Below are positions 42,858 through 55,904 of a DNA stretch of 64,000 nucleotides, in pieces. The notes under the pieces were generated by a model, which was not told where the DNA came from, ran no database searches, and saw only the letters and a program-made list of their open reading frames with translations. This DNA is from Eledone cirrhosa (lineage: Eukaryota). The stretch lies in contig OZ024763.1 in NCBI GenBank assembly GCA_964016885.1, forward strand, positions 2,914,001 through 2,978,000, given 5' to 3'. Every line of letters starts with the position of its first letter. Position 1 is the first letter of the stretch. A program made the translations under genes and the position numbers.

Positions 42858-43334
42858 GTTGTGCCATTTGCAATAGAATTATTAGAATATAGGTTAGTAA
42901 AAAAAAGTGTAACATGATTTATGTTTGGCTGTTAATGGAGCAGATACTAATAGGACACTGACTGTACTGCACATGATATATATATATATATATATATATA
43001 CACCACTATATACACACCACATCATATATATATATACAGACTTACATATATCTATGTGTGTATATATATATATATAAATAGACTCACATATATATGTATA
43101 TATATATATACATGTGTATATGTATGTACATGTATATGTATGTATGTGTATATATGTGTATATGTATGTATATATGTATGTATATATATATATATATAAA
43201 TAGACTCGCATATATATGTATATATATATACATGTGTATATGTATGTACATGTATATATGTATATATATATATATACATGTGTATATGTATGTACATGTA
43301 TATGTATGTATGTGTATATATGTGTATATATATG

Positions 43335-43380
<46 letters not shown>

Positions 43381-43898
43381 CATGTGTATGTATGTATGTG
43401 TATATATATGTGTATATGTATGTATGTACATGTGTATGTATGTATGTGTATATATATGTGTATATGTATGTATATATGTATGTATGTATATATATATATA
43501 TATGTATGTATATATGTATGTATGTATATATATATATGTATGTATGTATATATGTATGTATATATATATATGTACATATGTACATAGTATATGTATGTAT
43601 ATATATATATGTATGTATATATGTACAGTGTATATGTATGTATGTACATGTATATATATGCATGTATGTACATGTATATATATGCATGTATGTACATGTA
43701 TATATATGTATGTACATGTATATATATGTATGTACATGTATATATATGTACGTATGTACATGTATATATATGTATGTATGTACATGCATATATATGTATG
43801 TATGTACATATATGTACATGTATATATATGTGTACATGTATGTACATGTATATATATGTGTACATGTATGTACATGTATATATGTACATATATATACA
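42370..43898. repeat. (TA)n/(TG)n/(TATG)n compound microsatellite
   Basis: Low-complexity alternating purine-pyrimidine sequence. Confidence 0.95.
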
Positions 43899-44017
43899 CA
43901 GGACTTGGTTTAACTTGTTTTTCTATATCCTATATTTGTTGTCTTATTCTGTTTCCCATGAAATTCTGTTATAAAATACAACAGGATTTCATTTTAACTC
44001 TGTAGTTTCTTTAGAGA

Positions 44018-46765
44018 TGGTTGTGTAGTAGACATAGCGTATGGTGGTGGTGGTGTGTGGTAGACATAGGGTGTGGTGGTGGTGGTTGTGTGGTAGACAT
44101 AGGGTATGGTGGTGGTACCACACAACCACCACCATACTCTATGTCTACCACCACACCACCACCATACCCTATGTCTACCACACAACCACCACCATACCCT
44201 ATGTCTACCACCACACCACCACCATACCCTATGTCTACCACACAACACCACCACACCACCACCATACCCTGTCTACCACACAACCACCACCACACCACCA
44301 CCATACCCTATGTCTACCACACAACACCACCACCATACCCTATGTCTACAGACAGAGGGTATGGTGGTGGTGTGGTAGACATAGGGTATGGTGGTGGTGT
44401 GGTGGTGTTGTGTGGTAGACATAGGGTGTGGTGGTGTTGTGTGGTAGACATAGGGAATGGTGGTGGTGTGGTGGTGGTTGTGTGGTAGACATAGGGTGTA
44501 GTGGTGTTGTGTGGTAGACATAGGGTATGGTGGTGGTTGTGTGGTAGACATAGGGTATGGTGGTGGTTGTGTGGTAGACATAGGGTATGGTGGTGGTGTG
44601 GTGGTGTTGTGTGGTAGACATAGGGTATGGAGGTGGTTGTGTGGTAGACATAGGGTGTGGTGGTGTTGTGTGGTAGACATAGGGTATGGTGGTGGTGTGG
44701 TGGTGTTGTGTGGTAGACATAGGGTATGGTGGTGGTTGTGTGGTAGACATAGGGTGTGGTGGTGGTGGTTGTGTGGTAGACATAGGGTGTGGTGGTGGTT
44801 GTGTGGTAGACATAGGGTATGGTGGTGGTGTTGTGTGGTAGACATAGGGAATGGTGGTGGTGTGGTGGTGGTTGTGTGGTAGACATAGGGTATGGTGGTG
44901 TTGTGGTAGACATAGGGTATGGTGGTGGTGTGGTGGTGAATGTGTGGTAGACATAGGGTATGGTGGTGGTTGTGTGGTAGACATAGGGTGTGGTGGTGGT
45001 GTGGTGGTGAATGTGTGGTAGACATAGGGTATGGTGGTGGTGTGGTGGTGTTGTGTGGTAGACATAGGGTATGGTGGTGTTGTGGTAGACATAGGGTATG
45101 GTGGTGGTGTGGTGGTGTTGTGTGGTAGACATAGGGTATGGTGGTGGTTGTGTGGTAGACATAGGGTGTGGTGGTGGTGTGGTGGTGAATGTGTGGTAGA
45201 CATAGGGTATGGTGGTGGTGTGGTGGTGTTGTGTGGTAGACATAGGGTATGGTGGTGGTTGTGTGGTAGACATAGGGTGTGGTGGTGTTTGGTAGACATA
45301 GGGTATGGTGGTGGTGTGGTGGTGAATGTGTGGTAGACATAGGGTATGGTGGTGGTGTGGTGGTGTTGTGTGGTAGACATAGGGTATGGTGGTGGTTGTG
45401 TGGTAGACATAGGGTGTGGTGGTGTTTGGTAGACATAGGGTATGGTGGTGGTGTGGTGGTGTTGTGTGGTAAGGGTATGGTGGTGGTGTGGTGGTGTTGT
45501 GTGGTAGACATAGGGTGTGGTGGTGGTTGTGTGGTAGACATAGGGTGTGGTGGTGGTGGTACCACACAACCACCACCATACCCTATGTCTACCACCACAC
45601 CACCACCATACCCTATGTCTACCACACAACACCACCACACCACCACCATACCCTGTCTACCACACAACCACCACCATACCCTATGTCTACCACACAACAC
45701 CACCACACCACCACCATACCCTGTCTACCACACAACCACCACCATACCCTATGTCTACCACACAACACCACCACACCACCACCATACCCTGTCTACCACA
45801 CAACCACCACCATACCCTATGTCTACCACACACCACCATCATACCCTATGTCTACCACACAACACCACCACCATACCCTATGTCTACCACACAACACCAC
45901 CACCATACCCTATGTCTACCACACAACACCACCACACCACCACCATACCCTATGTCTACCACACACCACCACCATACCCTATGTCTACCACACAACACCA
46001 CCACACTACCACCATACCCTATGTCTACCACACAACACCACCACACCACCACCATACCCTATGTCTACCACACAACACCACCACCATACCCTATGTCTAC
46101 CACACAACACCACAACACCACCACACCACCACCACCACCATACCCTATGTCTACAGACATTGTGTGGTAGACATAGGGTGTGGTGGTGGTGTTGTGTGGT
46201 AGACATAGGGTATGGTGGTGGTGTGGTGGTGTTGTGTGGTAGACATAGGGTGTGGTGGTGGTGTTGTGTGGTAGACATAGGGTATGGTGGTGGTGTGGTG
46301 TGGTAATGACATAGGGTATGGTGGTGGTGTGGTGTTGTGTGGTAGACATAGGGTGTGGTGGTGGTGTTGTGTGGTAGACATAGGGTGTGGTGGTGGTGTT
46401 GTGTGGTAGACATAGGGTATGGTGGTGGTGTGGTGTGGTAATGACATAGGGTATGGTGGTGGTGTGGTGTTGTGTGGTAGACATAGGGTATGGTGGTGGT
46501 GTTGTGTGGTAGACATAGGGTATGGTGGTGGTGTGGTGTGGTAATGACATAGGGTATGGTGGTGGTGTGGTGGTGTTGTGTGGTAGACATAGGGTGTGGT
46601 GGTGGTGTTGTGTGGTAGACATAGGGTGTGGTGGTGGTTGTGTGGTAGACATAGGGTATGGTGGTGGTGTTGTGTGGTAGACATAGGGAATGGTGGTGGT
46701 GTGGTGGTGTTGTGTGGTAGACATAGGGTGTGGTGGTGGTTGTGTGGTAGACATAGGGTATGGTG
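44018..46765. repeat. GT-rich minisatellite (gtggtagacatagggtatggtggtgg) with four strand inversions
   Basis: G-rich 44018-44116, C-rich to ~44349, G-rich to ~45560, C-rich to ~46154, G-rich to 46765. Confidence 0.93.
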
Positions 46766-47118
46766 GCGGTGACTGTGTTGTTATGGTGCTGGTTGTGAGG
46801 TAATAACATGATGTGATTTAGGTCTGGTGGTGGTGGTGGTGGTGGTAAGATAGGGATTGGTTTGGGTGTAGCGACTGTGGTGGTGGTTGTGTGGTAATGA
46901 TAGCATAATCTTCTGATGAAGGAGCAGTATCTGAAACAGTCAGACTCTTCTATTATTTCAAGCGTTAAACTAATATATTTCTTCAATATTCTGTGTTGTT
47001 TGCTTTGTTATTTCTTTTTACTTTTTATACACCCACACACAACACACATATATATATATACACACATACACACACATAGATATTCATGCATATCCATATT
47101 TATACACACACAAACCCC

Positions 47119-47153
<35 letters not shown>

Positions 47154-47275
47154 GCGCGTATTTATATACTCAGACATACACACTGTCTATGCTCTTCACA
47201 CACACACACACACACATTGTGTGTGTGTGTATAATGTTTGATGTCACTTCAAAAATTACTACATCCCTTGACATT

Positions 47276-47326
<51 letters not shown>

Positions 47327-47362
47327 GTGGTTCTATCCTTTCTCTTTGCATCATATATGTCA

Positions 47363-47402
<40 letters not shown>

Positions 47403-47431
47403 GCGCACACACATTTGTATATATACACTCG

Positions 47432-47465
<34 letters not shown>

Positions 47466-47828
47466 CATGTGTGCGTATATTATATGATTCTGTCCTCTCT
47501 TTACATCCTATATGTCATGGTATATGTTGTTTATATTTCCTCATCTTCCACTTCCACTCATTTCCTCCTCTCTCTCTCTCTCTCGCTCTCCCTCTCTCTC
47601 TATCACTCTCTCTCTCTCTCATCATCATCATCATGTTTGCCATTCAAGGCTCAATGAAAAATGTACCAACAAAATCTCTTAAAATCCCTGCAGTTATATC
47701 ATTGTCTCCCACCATCGGTCCTTCTCTCTTACATGCGCACACCCATGTCTTAACACCTCATCCTTCACCTGATACACCCACCCTAGATCTTCCTCTCGAA
47801 TCTCTATGCATCTGCTCCACCACAGCCT

Positions 47829-49650
47829 CCAGTCCACACTGTAAAGTGGTCATGTTGGTGTCACAACAAAAAGTACCCAGTCCACACTGTAGAGTGGTCA
47901 TGTAGGTGTCACAACAAAAAGTACACAGTCCACACTGTAGAGTGGTCATGTTGGTGTCACAACAAAAAGTACCCAGTCCACACTGTAAAGTGGTCATGTA
48001 GGTGTCACAACAAAAAGTACCCAGTCCACACTGTAAAGTGGTCATGTTGGTGTCACAACAAAAAGTACCCAGTCCACACTGTAGAGTGGTCATGTAGGTG
48101 TCACAACAAAAAGTACCCAGTCCACACTGTAGAGTGGTCATGTAGGTGTCACAACAAAAAGTACCCAGTCCACACTGTAAAGTGGTCATGTAGGTGTCAC
48201 AACAAAAAGTACCCAGTCCACACTGTAGAGTGGTCATGTTGGTGTCACAACAAAAAGTACCCAGTCCACACTGTAGAGTGGTCATGTAGGTGTCACAACA
48301 AAAAGTACCCAGTCCACACTGTAGAGTGGTCATGTTGGTGTCACAACAAAAAGTACCCAGTCCACACTGTAGAGTGGTCATGTAGGTGTCACAACAAAAA
48401 GTACCCAGTCCACACTGTAGAGTGGTCATGTAGGTGTCACAACAAAAAGTACCCAGTCCACACTGTAGAGTGGTCATGTAGGTGTCACAACAAAAAGTAC
48501 CCTGTCCACACTGTGAGTGGTCATGTTGGTGTCACAACAAAAAGTACCCTGTCCCCACTGTGAGTGGTCATGTTGGTGTCACAACAAAAAGTACCCTGTC
48601 CACACTGTAGAGTGGTCATGTTGGTGTCACAACAAAAAGTACCCAGTCCACACTGTAGAGTGGTCATGTAGGTGTCACAACAAAAAGTACCCTGTCCACA
48701 CTGTAGAGTGGTCACGTAGGTGTCACAACAAAAAGTACCCTGTCCACACTGTAGAGTGGTCATGTTGGTGTCACAACAAAAAGTACCCAGTCCACACTGT
48801 AGAGTGGTCATGTTGGTGTCACAACAAAAAGTACCCAGTCCACACTGTAGAGTGGTCATGTAGGTATCAAAAAGTACCCAGTCCACACTGTAGAGTGGTC
48901 ATGTAGGTGTCACAACAAAAAGTACCCTGTCCACACTGTGAGTGGTCATGTTGGTGTCACAACAAAAAGTACCCAGTCCACACTGTAGAGTGGTCATATT
49001 GGTGTCACAACAAAAAGTACCCAGTCCACACTGTAGAGTGGTCATGTTGGTGTCACAACAAAAGGTACCCAGTCCACACTGTAGAGTGGTCATGTAGGTG
49101 TCACAACAAAAAGTACCCAGTCCACACTGTAGAGTGGTCATGTAGGTGTCACAACAAAAAGTACCCTGTCCACACTGTGAGTGGTCATGTTGGTGTCACA
49201 ACAAAAAGTACCCTGTCCACACTGTAGAGTGGTCATATTGGTGTCACAACAAAAAGTACCCAGTCCACACTGTAGAGTGATCATGCAGGTGTCACAACAA
49301 AAATCACCCAGTCCATACTGTAGAGTGGCCATGTTGGTGTCACAACAAAAATCACCCAGTCCACACTGTAGAGTGGTCATGTTGGTGTCACAACAAAAAT
49401 CACCCAGTCCATACTGTAGAGTGGCCATGTTGGTGTCACAACAAAAATCACCCAGTACACACTGTAGAGTGATCATGTTGGTGTCTTGACAAAAATCACC
49501 CAGTCCATACTGTAGAGTGGTTGGCATTAGGAAGGATATCTAGCCATAGAAGCCAAGCCAAAATCAGTTCTGTATGAGCAAGACACAGTCTGGCTTACTG
49601 GCTTATCTTATAACGTGACAACTCATCTAGCTCATGATAGCCTGGAAAAG
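47829..49650 (+). repeat. 48-bp minisatellite (~35 copies) amplified from an RTE-type 3'UTR, followed by the rest of the tail
   Basis: Unit cagtccacactgtagagtggtcatgt(a/t)ggtgtcacaacaaaaagtacc resembles 32940-33035; continues into ttggcattaggaagg...ctgtatgagcaagac. Confidence 0.9.
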
Positions 49651-49712
<62 letters not shown>

Positions 49713-49941
49713 GTATATATGTATATATATATAAAATGAAGAACGGAGTTAAAAACTCGCGTTAATACCCTATAATTAATGAGCTCAAAGTATAAAAACT
49801 GGGCTCTTTATAATATAATATATAGAAATATACACAGAAAGAAGTGTGTTTAGAATTACATGCGTCGGAAACCACTTTGGTGCCATGGATATAATCTGTG
49901 AACAACTCATGTAATTCAAAACACACTTCTTTGTGTGTGTG

Positions 49942-49979
<38 letters not shown>

Positions 49980-50131
49980 GTATTTCCGTAGGAAGGGTAA
50001 AGGAAAGGAGAGTGCTCAATGTATGCTACAAAGCTATTTAATTATGTAATAAACAACATAAGACAATTATTCCATTTACCAAAGGTTTCACGAAGACAAA
50101 CAAACTCAACAGAGGACGTCCATATTAAATC

Positions 50132-50202
50132 TTCATTCTGATGAACGATTTCAGACATCTATGTTGAGCTCGTCTGTCTTCGTGAAACCTGTGGTAAATG
50201 GA
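50132..50202 (+). ncRNA. Type I hammerhead motif (family H2), core intact
   Basis: ttcatt CTGATGA acga..cagac..gtctg..tcgt GAAA cc tgt gg TA aatgga; lies in fold-back 50041-50111 / 50162-50232. Confidence 0.75.
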
Positions 50203-50228
50203 ATAATTGCCTTATGTTGTTTATTACA

Positions 50229-50281
<53 letters not shown>

Positions 50282-50454
50282 AATATATCGACTTGCTTGT
50301 TAATGTAAAGACTCTAAATTATCCAAAACAGTGGGACCTCACAAGTTATTGGCACTACAATTTTACAATTTAGATATCATGTACACAATAACATATAGAA
50401 CATATCAGAAATATTACTTTATATTAACAATACACAGTTCTTATATCTATTGTC

Positions 50455-52177
50455 AAGAAGGCCGAGGGTGTCTTAGCATCACTCAACAAGACCTTTGTCA
50501 GCCACTCTCCAGCTATCTATTTAAAGCTGTATATAGCTATGGTGCGGCCACACTTAGAATTTGCATCACCAGTCTGGAACCCCTATCTTGCTCAGAACAT
50601 TGACCTCCTGGAAACTGTTCAGAGACGTGCAACCAAGCGAATACCCTCCATCAGGCAGCTACGGTACTCTGAATGCCTTGCTTCTCTGGGTATGGACACA
50701 TTGAAGCTCTGACGTCTGGCAACTGACTTGGTAAACACCCACAAAATTATTAACCATCTTGCCAACAACAACCCTGAGTACCTTTTTGATTTCCATGTGT
50801 CTAACACACGTGGGCATGCCTACAAAGTCAGAAAACAGCACAGCTTTGGAAACATTTTTTCACGCTCAGAGTTGCTGAAGCATGGAAAAAGCTACCTGCA
50901 TCAGTTGTTAGCTGTCGAGACACTGCATCCTTTAAAATCTCCATGGAACAAACTCCCTGGCATCAGTTGTTAGCTGTCGAGACACTGCATCCTTTAAAAC
51001 CTCCATGGAACAAACTCCCTGGCATCAGTTGTTAGCTGTCGAGACACTGCATCCTTTAAAACCTCCATGGAACAAACTCCCTGGCATCAGTTGTTAGCTG
51101 TCGAGACACCTCATCCTTTAAAACCTCCATGGAACAAACTACCTGGCATCAGTTGTTAGCTGTCGAGACACCTCATCCTTTAAAACCTCCATGGAACAAA
51201 CTACCTGGCATCAGTTGTTAGCTGTCGAGACACCTCATCCTTTAAAACCTCCATGGAACAAACTACCTGGCATCAGTTGTTAGCTGTCGAGACACTGCAT
51301 CCTTTAAAACCTCCATGGAACAAACTACCTGCATCAGTTGTTAGCTGTCGAGACACCTCATCCTTTAAAACCTCCATGGAACAAACTACCTGCATCAGTT
51401 GTTAACTGTCGAGACACTGCATCCTTTAAAACCTCCATGGAACAAACTACCTGCATCAGTTGTTAGCTGTCGAGATACTGCATCCTTTAAAACCTCCATG
51501 GAACAAACTACCTGGCATCAGTTGTTAACTGTCAAGACACTGCATCCTTTAAAACCTCCATGGAACAAACTACCTGCATCAGTTGTTAGCTGTCGAGACA
51601 CTGCATCCTTTGAAACCTCCATGGAACAAACTACCTGCATCAGTTGTTAGCTGTCGAGACACTGCATCCTTTAGAACCTCCATGGAACAAACTACCTGGC
51701 ATCAGTTGTTAGCTGTCGAGACACTGCATCCTTTAAAACCTCCATGGAACAAACTACCTGCATCAGTTGTTAGCTGTCGAGACACTGCATCCTTTAAAAC
51801 CTCCATGGAACAAACTACCTGCATCAGTTGTTAGCTGTCGAGACACTGCATCCTTTAAAACCTCCATGGAACAAACTACCTGCATCAGTTGTTAGCTGTC
51901 GAGACACTGCATCCTTTGAAACCTCCATGGAACAAACTACCTGCATCAGTTGTTAGCTGTCGAGACACTGCATCCTTTAAAACCTCCATGGTTCCTGAGA
52001 TTAAACAAACACTACCCCTAATATTACCTCTCCGCACACACGCACACATGTATATCATGACTCATACACTGTTCACTTTCCTGACATTTGTATATTATTC
52101 TATGTACTATACATACACCTTTGATGAGTTGTAGTGCACCTGAGCACTATACACAATAATTTCATTATTATTATTAT
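50455..52177 (+). mobile_element. CR1-clade LINE 3' fragment containing a 61/62-bp minisatellite (18 units, 50881-51990)
   Basis: LYIAMVRPHLEFASPVWNPY..IDLLETVQRRATK, NTRGHAYKV, WNKLPASVV; 3'UTR ending in (att)n. Confidence 0.9.
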
Positions 52178-52200
52178 ATATATACACACACATATATATA

Positions 52201-52272
52201 CAGGGTGTCACCCAAAAATGTATACACGCTTTGATTAAAATGCTGTTGCAGTGTGTATACATTTTTTTGGTC

Positions 52273-52278
<6 letters not shown>
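52201..52278. mobile_element. MITE M1, best-preserved copy
   Basis: ta|cagggtgtcacccaaaaatgtatacac...gtgtatacatttttttggtcaccct(a)|ta; TA-flanked. Confidence 0.8.
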
Positions 52279-52315
<37 letters not shown>

Positions 52316-53047
52316 ATGTATTTAGATATATGTATATAAATGTGTATATATCTATATATGTGTGTGTGTGTATATAGATATATGTAGATATATATATATG
52401 TATGTGTGTGTGTGTGTGTATATATATATAAATAAAGCGTTAAACTAATCTATTTCTTGATAGTACTGTATCATTTGGTTTGTTGTTTCTGTTTACTTCT
52501 TACACCCATACACACACACACACACACGCACACACATATATATACATACACACACACATACTCACATACACACACACATACTCACATACACACACATATA
52601 CTAACATACACACACATATACTCACATACACACACATACTCACATACACACATATATACAGTTTGATATAAGTTACACACCTAAACGAAATGTATTTCAA
52701 GGCCATTTCTCTGCTAATTGTGTGTGTGTGTGGGTGGGTGGGTGACATTGAAAGCCTCCATGACAAGCTTCATTATATCACATACTCTCACACACACTCT
52801 CACACACACACACACACACACCCACACACATATATATACACCCATCATTATGTATATATATGTATATATATAAATATATATATATGCCCCAGCATGGCCT
52901 CAGCCGGATGGCTGGAACAGGTAAAAGAGTATATAAATATATATATAGTTGGTGTTGTATTATTCCTCACACACACATCGTTATATTTGTGTATATATAT
53001 ATATATATATATTAACAAATGGAAACTATATTTATAAAACCATATTT

Positions 53048-53110
53048 ATTTCATTATACATATTTCAAGGACACCAAGTTAAATTATGGTGTGCTTTCAT
53101 CAGATAAAAT
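53048..53110 (-). ncRNA. Minimal type I hammerhead motif (family H1), core intact
   Basis: Reverse strand reads attttat CTGATGA aagcacacca taatttaact tggtgtcctt GAAA tatgta TA atgaaat. Confidence 0.75.
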
Positions 53111-53216
53111 ATAATATAGATCAGTTTTATAAATAAATATTGACATACCCTTAAAGAATGCGACCATTTCTGTTGGAAGCTCCTGGATAGTGGGGTTATA
53201 TATATATATGTATATA

Positions 53217-53250
<34 letters not shown>

Positions 53251-53253
<3 letters not shown>

Positions 53254-53819
53254 ATAAAAAAGTGCAGGGCGATAAAAATAGACGGTAGCCATGGAGTAGG
53301 CAGACCCAGAAAAACCTGGGACGACTTGATAAATTCCGACCTCACACACTTACACCTCTCCAAGACAATGTCACTGGACCGAGAGCTTTGGTGCTACACA
53401 GTTATACAGAAGACCCGCCTTGCCTAAGTACAAAGTGAAACCTAGTCAGTAGGCACCTCTAACATAATATACCCCCGTCCCACTACCCCCACCCCATCCA
53501 CACCGCCCCTTCCAATGTAAAGTTATGTTGGCACCACAACATCCAGTCTGAAACAAATGAGGTCGTGTAGGTGTCACAACAAAAAAACACACAGTCCACG
53601 CTGTAATGTAGCCTTGTAGGTAACACGGTAAAAACCTCCCAGTCCACACTGTAAACGTGGTTGGTGTTAGGAAGGGCATCCAGCCGTAGAAAACCCGCCA
53701 GACAGTCCTATACGAGCAGGACAACCACTCTTGCCTCAAGTGGGAAAACTCCCATCCAAACCCATGCAAGCGTGGAAGATGGACGTTAAACGACGATGAT
53801 GATGATGACGACGACGACG
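53251..53819 (+). mobile_element. RTE LINE 3' fragment
   Basis: Homologous to 32660-33195. Confidence 0.9.
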
Positions 53820-53900
53820 CACACACATGTATATGTAATTTAATGTATGTATTTGTGTGTCTCTCTATATATGTATGATGTATATATATATATGTATGTA

Positions 53901-54678
53901 TCATCATCATCATCGTTTAACGTCCATCTTCCACGCTTGCATGGGTTTGGATGGGAGTTTTCCCACTTGAGGCAAGAGTGGTTGTCTTGCTTGCATAGGA
54001 CTGTCTGGCGGGTTTTCTACGGCTGGATGCCCTTCCTAACACCAACCACGTTTACAGTGTGGACTGGGAGGTTTTTACCGTGTTACCTACACGGCCACAT
54101 TACAGCGTGGACTGTGTGTTTTTTGTTGTGACACCTACACGATCTCATTTGTATCGGCCTGGATGTTGTGGTACCAACATAACTTTACATAAAGGGGTGG
54201 TGTGGATCGGGTGGGGGTAGTGGGACGGGGGTGTATTTTGTTAGAGGTGCCTACTGACTGTAGTAGGTTTCACTTTGTACTTAGCTAAGGCGGGTCTTCT
54301 GTATTACTGTGTAGCGCCATAGGTCTCGGTCCAGTGACATTGTCTTGGAGAGGTGTAAGTGTGTGAGGTCGGAATTTATCAGGTCGTCCCAGGTTTTTCT
54401 GGGTCTGCCTACTCCGTGGCTACCGTCTATTTTTATTGCCTTGCACTTTTTTATACAGCTGTTGTCTTTCATGCACATAACGTGACCATACCAACGTAGC
54501 CTTCTCTCGAGTAAACAACATCTAATCCCTCTTATTTCTAATTTCTCCCTTAGTTCGTTTATGCTTTGCCATTCACGTATATTACTATTACACATCCAGC
54601 GGAGCATGCAAGCTTCGTCCCTCTCTAGTCTGCGTCTATCCTCTGCACACAATGCCCAGGTCTCACTGCCATGTAACA
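53901..54678 (-). mobile_element. RTE LINE 3' fragment, tail-to-tail with 53251 copy
   Basis: MLHGSETWAL...RRLRWYGHV...GRPRKTW ORF remnant (54281-54694) plus 3'UTR. Confidence 0.92.
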
Positions 54679-55061
54679 TATATATTGTATTCATCCATCA
54701 TAATATATAATTTATTAAATTGCTGAAGTAAGACAGAAAGAAGAGGTTAGACAATGTCCTCTCCATTTCAAACACACCACACCATACCATATATATATAT
54801 GTATATATGTGTGTATGTATATATGTGTATGTATGTGTATATGTGAATATGTATGTGTATGTATATGTGTATATATGTATATATGTGTATATGTGTATAT
54901 GGATATATGTATTTATAATGTATATATATATATATAATGTATATATAATCTCAGTGGGACAACCCGGCTCCCAAACTATGGTTCTGATGTGAATGACCCC
55001 CGCCATTCCAAGGCAAGCTTGGAAAAATAGATGTTAGACAATCATGAGATATATATATATA

Positions 55062-55114
<53 letters not shown>

Positions 55115-55286
55115 TTTCATTAAGGCTAAGTAGTAAGTCTTGTTAAAACTCTGGAGTTTTGCACATGTGTGTATGTGTCTATATATATATTTATATATAT
55201 ATACATGTGTGCGTTTGTCTTGTATCAGTTTGTGTGTTTGTTTGTGTGTGTGTATGTTTGGAGTTTGTGTAGGTGTGTTTGATGTA

Positions 55287-55356
<70 letters not shown>

Positions 55357-55904
55357 TGTGTTTGTGTGTGTGTATGTTTGGAGTTTGTGTAGGTGTGTTT
55401 GATGTATGTGTCTATATATATATATATATGCATGTGTGCGTTTGTCTTGTATCAGTTTGTGTGTTGGGAGTTTGTGTAGGTGTGTTTGATGTATGTGTCT
55501 ATATATATATTTATATATATATGCATGTGTGCGTTTGTCTTGTATCAGTTTGTGTGTTTGTTTGTGTGTGTGTGTGTGTGTGTGTTTGGAGTTTGTGTAG
55601 GTGTGTTTGATGTATGTGTGTATTTCAATTGTTTAAGTTAATTTGTAAAGAAATGTGAGCACACATACAAATAAATTGTTCTCAAACTTTGCTCAGTCAA
55701 TAAATTATTTCTACCAGAAGAATTAGTGTTTAGTTGAAAGTCCTCATTTCTTGGGAAACCCAAGACATTGTGTAACCAGAAACTCTAAAACCTATTTGTT
55801 GCTTAGTTATAAATATAATACATATAAATATTTCCAATTGTGTAGGAATGCTATAGAAATTATATCGTTGGTTTATATTAAATAAAGTTTGTCTTAAAAT
55901 ACAT

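Noticed and set aside
42859-42894. Micro-exon candidate [11 protein letters not shown]
   Set aside because: Too short; the acceptor lies in microsatellite with no pyrimidine tract.
44273-46986. Long His/Thr/Pro- or Gly/Val-rich ORFs resembling structural proteins
   Set aside because: Open in nearly all frames on both strands of a minisatellite; no consistent frame.
47758-48477. Cys-rich repeat protein ORF
   Set aside because: Antisense reading of an RTE-UTR-derived 48-bp array that is broken by 46-bp units.
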